From: Octopus sinensis
Taxonomy: Eukaryota
Length of the DNA stretch: 64,000 nt
Assembly (NCBI RefSeq): GCF_006345805.1
Contig: NC_043001.1
Coordinates: forward strand, 24,800,001-24,864,000
Reading direction: 5' to 3'
Part shown: positions 35,851-49,770 of the stretch, piece by piece
Numbering within the stretch: position 1 is the first letter of the stretch
Layout of the letters: every line of letters starts with the position of its first letter
The notes under the pieces: model-generated
Databases searched by the model: none
What the model saw: only the letters and a program-made list of their open reading frames with translations
What the model was told of the DNA's origin: nothing
Program-made: the position numbers and the translations under genes

Positions 35851-36237
35851 GATGATGGACTTCTTTCAATTTCTGTATATAAAATCCACTCACCAAGCTT
35901 TGGTTGGCCCAGGGCTATGGTAGAAGACACTTATCTGAGGTGCCACACAGTGGGATTGAACTGAAACCATAATCTTGGGAAGCAGACTTCTTACCACACA
36001 GCCACTAAGTATTTTCACTAATTATGATATATAGATGACTATTTTAAAAGAATTATATTTGGCTATGGTCTGGGAAATGGTCTGTTGTTGTAAACTAAAT
36101 GTGAATATCTGTTAGTTATACATATCAATCATTCTCTTGCAAGTTCACTAGTTACCAATATGTTTCCGATATAATACTAACCAAATGAATAGTAGGCAGT
36201 ATGCAGGAACTGGATCTGGGATTATTTATAACATTAA

Positions 36238-36458
36238 CCCTTTTGTTACTGTATTTCTGTTGAGATGCTCTGTGTTTCTTTCTATTACTTTAAATATAAC
36301 AAAGAATTTAGTAAAATAACTTAGTTATCATTCAGGAAGTGTTAGGAACATAAATTGTGACTAAGGTTTGGTGGAAGATTTTAATTCAAAACTTTTGAAA
36401 ACAAGGCATTTGTACTCAGAGACAGAGCCGGTTTCAGCCGGGGTTGGTAATGAAAGGG
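36238..36458. mobile_element. piggyBac-like MITE
   Basis: TTAA on both sides (36234-36237, 36459-36462); imperfect TIRs CCCTTTTTGTTAC / GTAATGAAAGGG. Confidence 0.75.
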
Positions 36459-37014
36459 TTAAACAGTCTTGATTACCTTGGGATTGTCAGTCCCAATGTA
36501 ATATTGCAAGTTGGATGTAATAATAATAACATCAAGGGTGGTAGTTTTGACAGCATCACTGACAGCAGTGATGACAGCGATGACGGTAAATTAAAGAGAG
36601 AATTAAAAACTGATTGAATAAGAGGTTGTGGTAAATTTACTTTTGATATTGTTCTTATTTCTGAGAAAAAGAAAGCTGTCAGCTGTCTGAAAATGTATTA
36701 AATTAAATAAATTGAAGACTTTTTAGCCGTTTGATTAAATTCCGTTTTACTGCCACAGTTCAATACATACCAGTTACCTAGTAATTTAATTCATTGCAAC
36801 AGTTTACTTCATCAGGTGTGAAGTGTCAGCACATCATTTTATGTTGTCTTTAGTTTTCATCTTTTGCTTTTTATGAAGATGCATGCTTATTATGCTTATA
36901 TTTATAGAAAAAAACTGTTTTAAACTTCAAAACTTATATCATGCCTGATACTAATTAAAGGAAAAGGAAAATAATTCATTTTACTTGATTTAAATTAAAA
37001 AACTTTTTTTGCCT

Positions 37015-37680
37015 TACTCGCACTTGTGCACCAGCGTCACCTTACTGGCACTTGTGCTGGTGGTACTTGAAAAACAACATTCGAGCGAGGTTGTTGCCAG
37101 TCCCACTGGACTGGCTCCTGTGCAGGTGACACGTAAAAACACCATTTGAGTGTGGCCGTTGCCAGTACTGCCTGATTGGCCCTCGTGCCGGTGACATGTA
37201 AAAGCACCCACTACACTCTCGGAGTGGTTGGTGTTAGGAAGGGCATCCAGCTGTAGAAACTCTGCCAGATCAAGATTGGAACCTAATACAGCCTCCTGGC
37301 TCACCAGTCCCCAACCACATTGTTACACGTTTAGTCCCACTGCATGATACCTTGGGCAAGTGTCATCTACTATAGCCCTGGTCTATCCTAAGCCTTGTGA
37401 GTGGATTTGGTAGATGAAAACTGAAAGAAACCCATCATATACATATATATGTATTTATCAATGTGTGTGTATGTGTGTCTTTGTTTTTACCCCACCACTG
37501 CTTGACAACTGGTTGCATCCATGTAACTTTGGAGTTCGGCCAAAAGAGACCAATAGAATAAGTTTCAGGCTTAAAAACGTTGGTATTGGGGTCAATTTGT
37601 CTCACTAAACCCTTCAAGGTGGTGCTCCAGTATGACTATAGTCCAAAGACTGAAACAAGGGAAAAATAAAAGATAAAACG
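37015..37680 (+). mobile_element. Family M SINE with tandem units (37015-37315) followed by a diverged SINE A
   Basis: Homology to the respective families. Confidence 0.75.
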
Positions 37681-38134
37681 ATTGGTATCTTTCTGAATTA
37701 CAATATTGATTTTGTATTACTAAGTTGGTTTATTTAAAATGTGCTGATCTGATTCTTAGTGTTTTTTTGTTTTTTTTTGAAATTGCATAAATAAATTAAA
37801 GTTATCTATCATAGACTGGAATCTTTTTGTGACTATAGCATTATAGTTGCTACAAAACCTGCTAAAATTTTCTTGAATTTTCATTCCGAACTAGAAACTT
37901 GTCACAACTAAATGCCGCCAAAGTAATGAGGAAGATAAAGAATTTATAGATTCAGAAATTTCAAAATTTTTAAGAGAAAATATCACAGAACCAAGTAATT
38001 CATCATAGCAAGGGTAAATTTCAATTATTACTAATAATTCCAGTCAGAAACAGCTTAATTTCTCAAACTACCAACCATTTTACAGAGTTTGGTGCTTTTA
38101 CAGTTCTCCAGATAGATGATCTGATTAATAACAT

Positions 38135-38590
38135 GAGGTGATATCAAAAGGTTCCTGAACTAGTTATGTTTAATAAAAATAACTTGTTTACCTGAGTTTT
38201 AACAACATCTCCTTCAAAATAGTTACCTTGCACTGCATTCCTGTTGCTTTTGAAATCTGGCCTGAAAGTTGTTTTCTATAAACGAGTTGAAGACCTTCTG
38301 TTATATCAGTGACAGTATTAAAATGGCAATCTTTGAGTTGCATTTTCATCTTAGGGAAGAGATGGAAGCCTGCAGGTGCTAAATCTGGCAAATAAGATGG
38401 GTGAAGAAATAATACCATGTTGTTTTTGGCAAGAAACTGTCAAGTGAGGAGAGCTCAACAACAGAGTGCATTGTTGTCCTGAAGAATATAATCCTTCACA
38501 CTCCACGGTTCCAGTTGCTTTCACCAAATGTCCTCTCTCAAATGCTTCAAAATGTCACAGTAGAATTCTCAATTGATGGTCTGGCCCTTG
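38135..38590 (-). mobile_element. mariner (DD34D-like) transposase 3' remnant
   Basis: HPSYLPDLAPAGFHLFPKMKMQLKDCHF is a degenerate HPPYSPDLAPxDFxLF motif; TIR-like gaggtgatatcaaaaggttcc. Confidence 0.8.
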
Positions 38591-39469
38591 GGGAGTACTT
38601 ATTTTATTGACTCTAAAAGGATGAAAGGTAAAGTTGACCACAGTAGAATTTGAGCTCAAATTCTTAAAGACAGATGAAATGCCACCAATCATTTCACCTG
38701 GTGATACTACCAATGCTCAATGGATCATTTCCTACTCTTCAAAAATTCAGCTGTTTGCCAGAGCAAATTTTCTTACATCTATAAAATATATCAATGCTAT
38801 TAAAAGCAAGCAGCTGTAGCCACTATCAATAGCGGTGTGCCTTTTACTATTAAAACAGATGTTACTGGTGAAACAAAGGCAGTAGATCTGTGACATCCTT
38901 TTCAAGGTCCTTCAGTAATTTTGAAAAACTTTCACCTCACTGTCTGTGAAAGCTGTGACAAAATAGATATATTTTTTTCCACTAAACATTTAAAAAAAGG
39001 TTCATTTCAGTCTCTTTTTTTTTATTTTTTGACAGTAAAATAAAAAAATCATCGAAAATATTTTTTTAAATCTTATAAAAGCCAATGCTTGAGAATCTAC
39101 CTTCTACTCTTTCTTCATATTCTATAAGCTCTGAGAATCAGCTTAACAATTGTCATACTTGTGCTGTTACTTTTACTATTCTAAATTTAGAGTTATAACA
39201 AAATTATTCGGTGCTTTTAGGAAGAATGTTTCATTTTATAAAAGTAACAACTTATTGTTTACTGCAAAAAATAAAGTACAGTGAGTCTGCACCAGTAGCA
39301 ATAAATGGATAAAACTATACTTAACTTTTATCATCCAAAAGATACTTTTCTTATAAAACCTACTTTTCCATTTGAACACTTATAAATAGACTTTTTCTGC
39401 ATACCTCAAAAGTAAGCATTATAATTGACAAATTTTTCTCATTTTCCATTAACTCGTCCATACTGTGGT

Positions 39470-39669
39470 ACTCTTTCTCTTTCTCTTTTACTTGTTTCAG
39501 TCATTTGACTGCGGCCATGCTGGAGCACCGCCTTTAGTCGAATAAATCGACCCCGGGACTTATTCTTTGTAAGCCCAGTACTTATTCTATCAGTCTGTTT
39601 TGCCGAACTGCTAAGTGACGGGGACGTAAACACACCAGCATCGGTTGTCAAGCAATGCTAGGGGGACAA

Positions 39670-39706
<37 letters not shown>

Positions 39707-39878
39707 CATATCTACGACAGGCTTCTTTCAGTTTCCGTCTACCAAATCCACTCACAAGGCATTGGTCGGCCCGGGGCTATAGCAGAAGACACTTGCCCAA
39801 GATGCTATGCAGTGGGACTGAACCCGGAACCATGTGGTTGGTTAGCAAGCTACTTACCACACAGCCACTCCTGCACCT
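39470..39878 (-). mobile_element. SINE family A
   Basis: Homologous to other A copies. Confidence 0.9.
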
Positions 39879-40411
39879 ATGTACTTTATATATTAGAAAG
39901 TTGTCCTCTTTTCTCTATTCCTAGAATGCCATTGTTTCTGCATTCACATGTAGGGTAAAGACTTTTCATGTGTACTGAGTTGGAACAGTCCAACTTATTA
40001 AGAGTTATTACCAGTTTAGACAAGTCAGAGGGCCAAATCATATTTGTACATTCCATTTTTTATGTGGTTTCTATACGCAGATGCCTTTCCTAGTTTTTCA
40101 CCTAAGAGTTTGTACATTATGCATTTTATAGTAGCACCAGTTTTTGGAGTGGGGACACATCCTCTAAAATAAAGAAGAGTTCTCAGCCATATGTTGTGTC
40201 ATTTGCCAACCACAGTACAAGGTGTACTGGATGTATTTTATCATGCTACCATTATTAGTGATTGCCTTGCCCCCTTCAACACCAGAGAGGCCACTCATCT
40301 CTATGTTATCATTGTTCTTTCAAGATAAATATGACCAATGAAATGAATAGGAAAGTGAAACCAAAAGGATGAAAGGAAAGAGAGTATGAGTGTGATGGGG
40401 AAAGGAGTTGT

Positions 40412-40697
40412 GGAGGCACATAGCCTAGTGGTTAGAGCAGTGGTCGAGGGATCGCAGGTTCGAATCTCAGATGGGCGATGTGTGTGTTTATGAGTGAAAC
40501 ACCTAAGCTCCACACGGCTCCGGCAGAAGGTAAAGGCGAACTTCTGCTGACTCTTTTGCCACAACTTTTTCTCACTCTTTCCTCCTGCATCTTGCAGCTC
40601 ACCTGTGACAGACTGGCGTCCCATCCAGGTGGGGAACCTATACACCAAAGAAACTGGGAAACCGGCCCTTGTGAGCCAGGCATGGCTCGAGAAGGAA
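40412..40697 (+). mobile_element. SINE family F with 14-bp TSD
   Basis: TSD gggaaaggagttgt at 40398-40411 and 40698-40711; homolog at 54045-54359. Confidence 0.9.
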
Positions 40698-41054
40698 GGG
40701 AAAGGAGTTGTAAGGAAGGAGTTGCAGAAGAGAGACAGTGAGAGATACATACTGGATATTGGTAAGAAAACTGAATAAGGAACAGCATGAGTAGTATTTT
40801 GGGGTAGCATTGAAAATGGATGATGGTAAAGGAGAGTAAGCAACAGTAATGTCTGGATAGCAATAAAGATGCAAGATTGTGGGACAGCAAATTGTAGATA
40901 CTAACAGATAGTAAGTGATAGTGGTAGAGGAGAGGTAAAGTAATAAAGAGTGATGGTAAAAGAACTTGACCACAAGTAGATTACCTGCCCTTCCTTGTTA
41001 CATAGATGACATTTGAAAAATGAAATGTCTAATGCTGATATTTTCAAATAAAAA

Positions 41055-41548
41055 TAATAATAATAATGAAATTATTGTATACAGTGCTCAGGTGCACCAC
41101 AACTTGTTAAAAATGCATATAAAGCATATGCAGTAATGTACAAATGTCTGGGAAGCGAACAGTGTATGAGTCAACTACATGCTTGCGTGTGTATGGAGGG
41201 GAGAAAATCAGGTGTAGTGTTGGCGAATCTCAGGAAGCATGGAAATTTTGAAGGATGCAGTGCTCCGAAAACTAATAACTGATGCCGGCAGTTTGTTCCA
41301 TGCTTCAGCCACTCTTAACGTCAAAAAAATGTTTCCGAAAGTCATGGGAGCTGTGCTGTTTTCTGACTTTGTAAACATGTTCACGGGTGTTAGACAGGTG
41401 GAGTTTGAAAAGGTGCTCAGAGTTATTGTTTGTAAGATGGTTAATAATTTTATGGGTGTCTGCCAAGTCAACTGCCAGACGTCGGAGTTTCAATGTATCT
41501 ATGCTCAGGGAAGTAAGGCGTTCAGAATATGGCAAGGAGTAAAGGTTT
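41055..41548 (-). mobile_element. CR1-type LINE 3' end
   Basis: MPYSERL..L...TL..RRL..DL...HKII...and RV..AWN.LP..V C-terminal motifs; (TTA)n tail. Confidence 0.85.
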
Positions 41549-41568
41549 GATATGTTAACATACTAGAT

Positions 41569-41769
41569 CAGTGCTTTTCAAACTTTTTGCTGGAGTGGAA
41601 CCCCAAGGAAACATTCCACTGGCCCGAGGAACCCCTGTGCAATAATTTAATAGTCTTATGCACACATATCTGCACAGGAGACTTAAAAATTACTGCCGAT
41701 TTTAGCTGTTTTGAAACTTCTTGCGGAACCCCTGGACTGAACTAGCGGAACCCTGGTTGAAAACCACTG
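41569..41769. mobile_element. hAT-like MITE with 8-bp TSD
   Basis: TIRs CAGTGCTTTTCAA / TTGAAAACCACTG; TSD tactagat at 41561-41568 and 41770-41777. Confidence 0.9.
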
Positions 41770-42044
41770 TACTAGATAGATAATGATAAAGAATGCATAG
41801 TGAGTGTATTGATATACATTCATGAGTAATAGCAATTAATTAAATGGGAAGGACAATGCTATGATAGAAGCTGTTTATCTATAGAAACAATTATGTTGTT
41901 TGTGTCACCTTCGGCTACCATACCATCTATGGTTGTCAATGATATATAAGCATCTTCTAAACTGAATGAAGGATTATGTATGATACTTACTTTATTACAC
42001 CATTTCAACAGTGTCAGTAAGATAGAAACTGTGCAAAAGCTTAT

Positions 42045-42695
42045 CATGTATGCATGTACATGCATACAAACATACATACATGCACACACACATACACACG
42101 TATGTACATACATACATATATACATACATACATACATACATGCATGCATGCATATATACATACATACATACATACATACATGCATATATACATACATACA
42201 TACATACATACATACATACATACATACATACATGCATATATACATACATACATACATACATACATACATACATGCATATACATACATACATACATACATA
42301 TATACATACATACATACATACATGCATGCATGCATATATACATACATGCATGCATGCATGCATACATACATACATACATACATACATACATACATACATA
42401 CATACATACATACATACAAACAAACAAACAAAAATACCTTGTTGTTGATGTTGAAATTCCAATGAAGGAGCCTTGAATCTAGGTTAGAAATCAGCTTTTT
42501 CTCTATTGGCAAGAAATCTTGAAATAAAACTGAACAATGACATACATCCATCCATACATATATACACACATACACACACACATACATACATACATACATA
42601 CATACATACACACACATACATACATACATACATACATACATACATACATACATACATACATACATACATACATACATACATACATACATACATGT
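42045..42695. repeat. Large (ATAC/ATGC)n microsatellite field in two blocks
   Basis: Explains the MYVC/HTYI ORFs. Confidence 0.95.
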
Positions 42696-43549
42696 TTATT
42701 TGTGTATGTGAATGTGTGTTTGTGAAAGAAACTAATAAAAGAATAAAAGAAAGGACTGATTCAAGATGTTTAGAGAACATTTAGTAAGAATTTAGTAAAA
42801 TCAAGACCTTTCACAAGGGAAAAAAATGGTTATTTACTAACAATTGACATTGTTTGCCTCTATTTGTTTTGATAAGAAATAGTTGCATTGGCTGAAGAAA
42901 GGGAACGTAAAATATTATTTCAAAGAATTTATATGTGAACGGCGGTGCATCAGTATGGCCACAGCTCTGAGCTGAAACAGGAAAAATGAAAACAAATACC
43001 TGAATTTATAGAAAACCAAATCATGCAAATAATGAAAAACAAATATAAAAGATTTTATTTAATTTTTACTTTTTTGAATCACATACAAAAATAGAGGTAT
43101 GCAAGGTTATAATAATTATCCGTCGATGAAATAGTACCAATTTTAAGCAATTTTAAGCATCTTCGGTAACTTTCCTAAAAATATGGAGTGATGTTGCTAA
43201 TATTATACACCTGTTATTAAGTCTGGCAAGACATCTTGTTATTATATTGAAAGTATTTCAGGTATTTATATGCAATATTTAGTAATTATGTTGCTATCTT
43301 GCATCACTGCTTCTCTTTTCTCAATGAAGCTTAACAAACTCTTTTCTGTTCATTCACTTTCTAATTCATTTATTTAAGTTACTATATCAATCTTTCTCTC
43401 AGCTTCAGGAATTCTTCAGAAAAACAAAGAAGCTCAAATTCCTTAATTAGGTGGGAAATATCATTCTGTCCAGTGTAATTTTTTTATTAAGGTGTGGGTG
43501 TACTCCATAAAGGAAACAAACAGAATCTGCCTTGAATTATATTATTGTA

Positions 43550-43943
43550 CTAGCAGTATCACCCGGCATTGCTTGGGTTTGTTTTCTTTTCGACACTTTA
43601 GAATTGGAACTTTTGAAAAGTAAAAATTTTGCATGATGTACTTTGTTATTCTCTTTAAGTGAACATTTTTCTGGTTGAAATACACCAAAAAATGGCGACA
43701 CAGCAGTCCAAAAATCATAAAAAATAGGGATTTTCATAGAAAAAAAGCCCCTTTTTGATGTAAATAATTTTTGGTCTTAACATGGCCCGATTTGAATTTT
43801 TTCTTCTACGGAATGAAGAGCAAGCCTTCTTCTATCATACTCTCAATTTTGGTTAACTTGCGCTGCAGGATCACAGAGGAGATAGTGTTATTTGAAGGCT
43901 ACCAAACCTGCCATACACAGACAACTTCAGCTTTATATATAGA
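43550..43943 (-). mobile_element. Non-autonomous Helitron, same family as 26151-26525
   Basis: Minus strand starts TCTATATATAAAGCTGAAG and ends hairpin CCCAAGCAATGCCGGG...CTAG. Confidence 0.85.
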
Positions 43944-44504
43944 GAGATTTTGTAGCTGAATACTCTGTTGCTTTACATAGCTTTTCTATCTTTAATTTTA
44001 TTAAAGAGCTTAGATTAATTATATTTTGAGATTTTAGTGTCTACAGTAAATATTTTTAAAAATCATTATAGGTTATATATTATGCTGCAACTGAGATGCA
44101 TATATTGAAACACTTGCAGCTAGTATTTGTGTATCAGATATATGAGTTTGGGTAATGCTTTAAAATGGCTCCCAGTGTAGCAACAATCAGAGTTACTAAT
44201 CCTAAAGTATATTAATGAATATTTAATCAGACTGCAAGTGTTATATAAGCAAATTGGTCTATCGTATATAATCAAGCCTTTAGTGATAGTGGGTTTTTAT
44301 AAGCAGTGTTTGGTGGACAGCAAAACAGACACCCAGTCACTGATAAAATATTAACGCAAGATTAAAGCTAGTCTGGCTGATATTTTTGTTGCAGTTGATA
44401 AAGATATTGTATACAAGGACATGCTGTTTATATCTGTCTATATTACAGGGTTGACTAAAATCTTTAGATATATTCTATAAATATATTTTATACTCTCTTT
44501 TATC

Positions 44505-44723
44505 TTTTTTTACTCTCTTTTACTTGTTTCAGTCATTTGACTGTGGCTATTCTGGAGCACCGCCTTTAGTCAAGCAAATCGACCCAAGACTTATTCTTTG
44601 TAAGCCTAGTATTTATTCTATCGGTCTCTTTTGCCGAACCACTAAGTTACGGGTACGTAAACACACCAGCATCGGTTGTCAAGCAATGTTGAGGGGGACA
44701 AACACAGACACACAAACATATAT

Positions 44724-44772
<49 letters not shown>

Positions 44773-44937
44773 TACAACGGGCTTCTTTCAGTTTCCATCT
44801 ACCAAATCCACTCACAAGTCTTTGGTCAGCCCGAGGCTATAGTAGAAGACACTTGCCCAAGGTGCCACACAGTAGGACTGAACCTAGAACCATGTGGTTG
44901 GTAAGAAAGCTACTTACCACACAGCCACTCCTGCACT
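44505..44937 (-). mobile_element. SINE family A
   Basis: Homologous to other A copies. Confidence 0.9.
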
Positions 44938-45119
44938 TATATATAGTATAGAAGTAAACTATATCATCTCTCACCAGATACTTTTAATAACATATATAAA
45001 TTTGTTTTTCTTTGAAAACCATTTATGATTCCTGGGTGAACTTTCTTTTTTTACACAAATAGTATGATCAGAATAGGCAAAAACAATATATTATACATTC
45101 TAATTCCTGTAAAACATCT

Positions 45120-45520
45120 TGCATACTTCAGCTACTTCCAGCCACCCACCCTTATATAATGCATGGTAGCCATGTATCTCTTCTATTGCAAGGCACCAGT
45201 TCTTGTCCCTCTATCATACCTTAGCTTCTCAACACCTAGCGTAAAAGCCACCTTCTTCTCTATTGCATCCAAGCTCATTTGAAGGGGATTTTCTTTGCTT
45301 TGTGAGTTACCTGATGACCCCACTAGTGCTGGTGCCTTGGAGACAAAAACAACGCCAAGAACACTCTGTAGAGTGGTTAGTGTTAGGAAGAATATCTAGC
45401 TGTAAAAATTACAACAAAGCAGACAGTGAAGCTTAAACAAGCTTCTCCAGTTTGTTGGATCGTGTCAAACCATTCATCCCAGCATGGAAGACAGATGCTA
45501 AATGATAATGACTGATGATG
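45120..45520 (+). mobile_element. Long diverged family M element
   Basis: Similar to 10420-10830. Confidence 0.55.
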
Positions 45521-45894
45521 ATATACACTTACTTACGTGCAGACGCATACTTATATATACATATGTATATTTTTACACGCACACACACACACATATGTAT
45601 CCATACATACATATGTGCCTGTATAAGCACATGCCCATGTATACATAGGCACATGCAAAAATAGCAAGACACCTTTAAAGGCCAAGTCCACCTAGTACAT
45701 AAAATGATGTATTTCAATGCTGTAAAATGACAAGTGCTTCATTAGCAGGTGGTGGTGAGGTTGATTTTATTTCTTCAGAATAATGTGGGTTGAATGTTGG
45801 GAAATCAGTCCATCTTTGCAATACACAACACTCCATAAATTAATTTTACAGAAAGATTTTTCTGGATCATGTATACTGTAAAACATTTGTAAAG

Positions 45895-46223
45895 ACTTTC
45901 CAATGCCAGCGCCGCCTTGACTGGCTTCTGTGCCGGTGGCACGTAAAAAGCACCATCCGAACGTGGCCGATGCCAGCACCACCTTGACTGGCTTCTGTGC
46001 CGGTGGCACGTAAAAAGCACCAACTGATCGTGGCCGCTGCCAGCCTCCCCTGGCACTTGTGCCAGTGGCACGTAAAAAGCACTCACGGAGTGGTTGGCGT
46101 TAGGAAGTGCATCCAGCTGTAGAAGCACTGCCAGATCAGACTGGAGCCTGGTGCAGCTTCCTGGCTTCCCAGACCCTGGTCGAACCGTCCAACCCATGCT
46201 AGCACGGAAAACGGACGTTAAAC

Positions 46224-46250
<27 letters not shown>
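45895..46250 (+). mobile_element. Family M SINE with three ~63-bp tandem 5' units
   Basis: GTGCCGGTGGCACGTAAAAAGCAC at ~45930, ~45998 and ~46060, then core and (GAT)n tail. Confidence 0.88.
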
Positions 46251-46255
<5 letters not shown>

Positions 46256-47479
46256 ACACACATAAATCAACTGAAAAATCTGTTAATCATTTGAATATTG
46301 AATAGCTCATATTATTTAAAAGGCAACCTAGTAAGTATAGGAGAGGATGTATTATATCCAGTTTTAATGGTAGCTCCAAAACTCATGAAGTGAGAAGATG
46401 AGAGTCAAAATATCAGTTAGGTCGTCTTCTCTTTATATAGGAACTGTACTATACTTCCTTCTCTTGACTGAGCATTTCTTTTGAAAATATGAAAGTTCAG
46501 CACCAAATTGATGGTGGAGTCTCTGGCCAAAAATGCAAACATACAAGCAATACATACATGGAGGGAGAATGCATGAAAGAGACAAACAGACAGACGGACA
46601 GACAGACAGAGAAAGTAAGATGTTAGATTACACACGAGTGAAACTTTTTATGTATTGTAGAGCCTGCCTTATTTATCAAATTAGAATTATCTTAAGGCAT
46701 GAGAAAAAGGAGAAAGTTAATTAATTTTTGTTTTTATTTCTGCTTTGTAATAACGATTGGAAAGACAGAAACTATTTTTGACTGCCCAGTCTATCCAATT
46801 TGGAAACAATGTTTATTTATAAACAATGCAAAATTAAATATTAAAATAGAAATTGCATTTAGTCATGACATGGGAAAAGCTGAAAGTTGCAGTCTGCTTC
46901 TAATCGCATATCCCCCTGCAGCTACAAATAAAATCATGTACAAACACCTAGACTCACTTGTAAATTCCCAGAACACTACTATAATAACTCTTAAAATCAC
47001 AACCCTTCATACTTAAATCTGGATCAAGCGCATGTCTTTGTATAATCTATCATTACTTTCACTAGAACTCTACAGTTATTTTTAGAATCTCATGCTTATT
47101 GTTGTTCATTTACATTTCTAGTGTTTATGCAGAGTGGTTCCAGATCTCTTGGTAAGAAGCACTTGAAACCTTGTTAAAATATCCATTCATGTGCTTTTAC
47201 AAATAATGTACAATTAAAAGTCATATCCTCTTGTTTTTCCTATGGAATCAAAATATTTTCAGATAAAACTATAGTCCCTGTTTAGTAGCTATTTAAATTC
47301 AAGTATTCTTAATTAGTAGTTCTTGTAAATTATGAATTAATCTATCATGTCCTGATCACTGACATTATATAAAACATGTAGTAGAAGTATATATTTGCAT
47401 GAAGAACACAGAATCAGATTTGATGTCTCCATAATTGCCTTGCTCTGGTGAATTTCTTTTGCTCTTATAGTTGTTAACA

Positions 47480-47770
47480 ATCATCATTATTTAACGTCTG
47501 TTTTCCACACTAGCATGGGTTGTACGGTTCGACTGGGGTCTGGAAGCCATGGAGGCTGCACCAGGCTCTAGTCTGATTTGGCAGTGTTTCTACAGCTGGA
47601 TGCCCTTCCTAATGCCAACCACTCTGTGAGTGTAATGGGTGTTTTTTACATGCCTTTCACCCTTTCAGGATCGATAAATAAAGTACCAGTTATGCACTGG
47701 CATCAATGTAATCGACTTAATCCCTTTGTCTGTCTTTGTTTGTCCCCTCTATGGCAAACGGCCAGTTGTT
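47480..47770. mobile_element. Minus-strand family M fragment fused to a plus-strand SINE C 3' part
   Basis: Homology switch at ~47660. Confidence 0.65.
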
Positions 47771-47909
47771 AACAATGATACTGCAATACCTGTAAGTGGC
47801 TATGACACTTCTCTGTATTACCTGATTGGCTATGCAAGTGACTAGCATGTACTCTATTTCACAGATATTTTATGCTTTTATATCCTTAATTCTGCTTGCC
47901 ACTAGATTA

Positions 47910-48234
47910 GGAGCACACTCCATCGGTTACGACGATGAGGGTCCCAGCTGATACAATCAATGGAACAGTCTGCTCATGAAATTAACGTGCAAGTGACTGA
48001 GCAATCCACAGACATGCGTACCCCTAACGTGATTCTCAGGGACATTCAGCATGACACAAAGTATGACAAGGCCGGCCCTTTGAAATACAGGTACAACTCA
48101 TTTTTGCCAGCTGATTGGACTGGAGCAACGTGAAATAACGTGTCTTGCTCAAGGACACAACGCGTCACTGGGAATTGAACTCATGACCTTACGATCATGA
48201 GCCAAATGCCCTAACCACTAAGCCATGCTCCTTC
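47910..48234 (-). mobile_element. SINE family G with 9-bp TSD
   Basis: TSD actagatta at 47901-47909 and 48235-48243; E-type central domain plus B-type tail. Confidence 0.88.
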
Positions 48235-48856
48235 ACTAGATTACTGTCAACTTAAATGGCAGGGTCTTTGTTGGGTCTACTTATTCATTCAGTAACCCCT
48301 CTGAAAACCTTTCACACCTCTTTCTATTCAATGCCAATAAAGGCAAGTATGTCATTATCATTCCATTCACACTTCTTTCCAATGACATCTTGACTTTCTC
48401 TAATATACTATCATGCAATCCAGAAAGCCTTTCATTTTTGATCTTTATGATGCTCAGCATTGACAACCTCATATTTTCTGCCTCTTTCCTTACTAAATAC
48501 AACTACTTGGTCTTCTTCTCTGTTAACCTCTTACTTCCGGACTTTCCAGGGCTTTCTTAGCTTTTATGGCTCCGTCTACAGTACTGTTCCACCTCGTTCC
48601 AGTCATAGATTTGGCCTGTAACCCTCAGTGGCTTGTCTCATGGGAACTATTCATCTCCCTCACCTTCTTTTCAAATGCTTCAACTAATACTTTCCTGATC
48701 CTGTTTGGCTCTTTAAGTGTCCGTATTTTCCTTTTCTAAATTGCCTTGTGATATAAATATATTGCACACATCATTATCATCATCATCATCATATGGCATG
48801 GGATGGACAGTTTGATAAGAACTGGCCAGCTGTAGAGCTCCCCAGACTCCAGTTTG

Positions 48857-49050
48857 TCCCCCCAACATCGCTTGACAACTGATGCTGGTGTGTTTACTTC
48901 CCCGTATCTTAGCGGTTCGGCAAAAGAGACCGATAGAATAAGTACTAGGCTTACAAAGAATAAGTCCTGGGGTTGATTTGCTTGACTAAAGGCAGTGCTC
49001 CAGCATGGCCACAGTCAAATGACTGAAACAAGTAAAAGAGTAAAAAGAGT
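48857..49050 (+). mobile_element. SINE A right half
   Basis: Homologous to the A 3' arm. Confidence 0.85.
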
Positions 49051-49149
49051 AAATGGAATTGTGAAGATTGCAACTTTCAGTTTTACAGTCAAATTTATTA
49101 TACTTATTCGGTCATTCTAAGTTTGTTTTCAAGTTTACATGCCTTTTTA

Positions 49150-49770
49150 GTATGTTGTTAATAACAAATTTTTTGATTTTATTGTTTTTATAATTTATTA
49201 CTAATGTCAGCATCTATTTCATTTTATGAGATTCTTCTATAGTGGGTTATTCTCTTCTGATACCTGGTATGTATTAGTATATAATAGATGTACTTTAACA
49301 AGGTTACTGTCTAATATATTGGTTTCATTCTATTTGTGTTTCTATTCATTAGTAGCTTAATCTAAAAGTTTGTTTAAGTATCCAATGTCAATTAGCAATT
49401 GTTCTATATTCTGTATTTCTTTATGTAATGTCTCGTCTGGTCAGAGAAATCTAAACGATCCCCTTATTAGTGATTTCCCTAACGTGGACATGTAGATATA
49501 TACATTCATTTATTTTTTGTGTAAACTGGCATAATGTATCTATTGTTTTCAGTTTGAATGTTTGTGTCCACTAATGGAATTGAATTAGCATTGTTTTGGG
49601 TGTTGAATTTTATTAGTGGATTACTCTCCAGGCCTTTCTTTAATTTCTCATCTTTTGATGTGTCCAGTACAACAAGTATATCATCTATATATCTAATGTA
49701 TATTGTATGTTTGGCTCTAGGTATTATTTTGTTTTCTATTGTTGCTAGGTAGAATACACGTAGCTACTTC
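49150..49770 (-). mobile_element. Penelope-like reverse transcriptase remnant
   Basis: IENKII.....IYIRYIDDILVV followed by F....N..SIPLVDTNI, the YxRYVDD and PFLD-like motifs of PLE RT; frameshifted. Confidence 0.7.

Noticed and set aside
41859-42784. ORFs up to 276 aa (MYVC / HTYI repeats)
   Set aside because: Read-through of stop-free ATAC/ATGC microsatellite.
45895-46085. CRISPR-like regularly spaced repeats
   Set aside because: The intervening sequences are homologous to each other (a tandem minisatellite), the context is eukaryotic, and no cas genes are present.
46699-47016. 105-aa ORF in non-repeat DNA
   Set aside because: No motif recognised, N-terminus is low-complexity T-rich read-through, and no convincing splice context.
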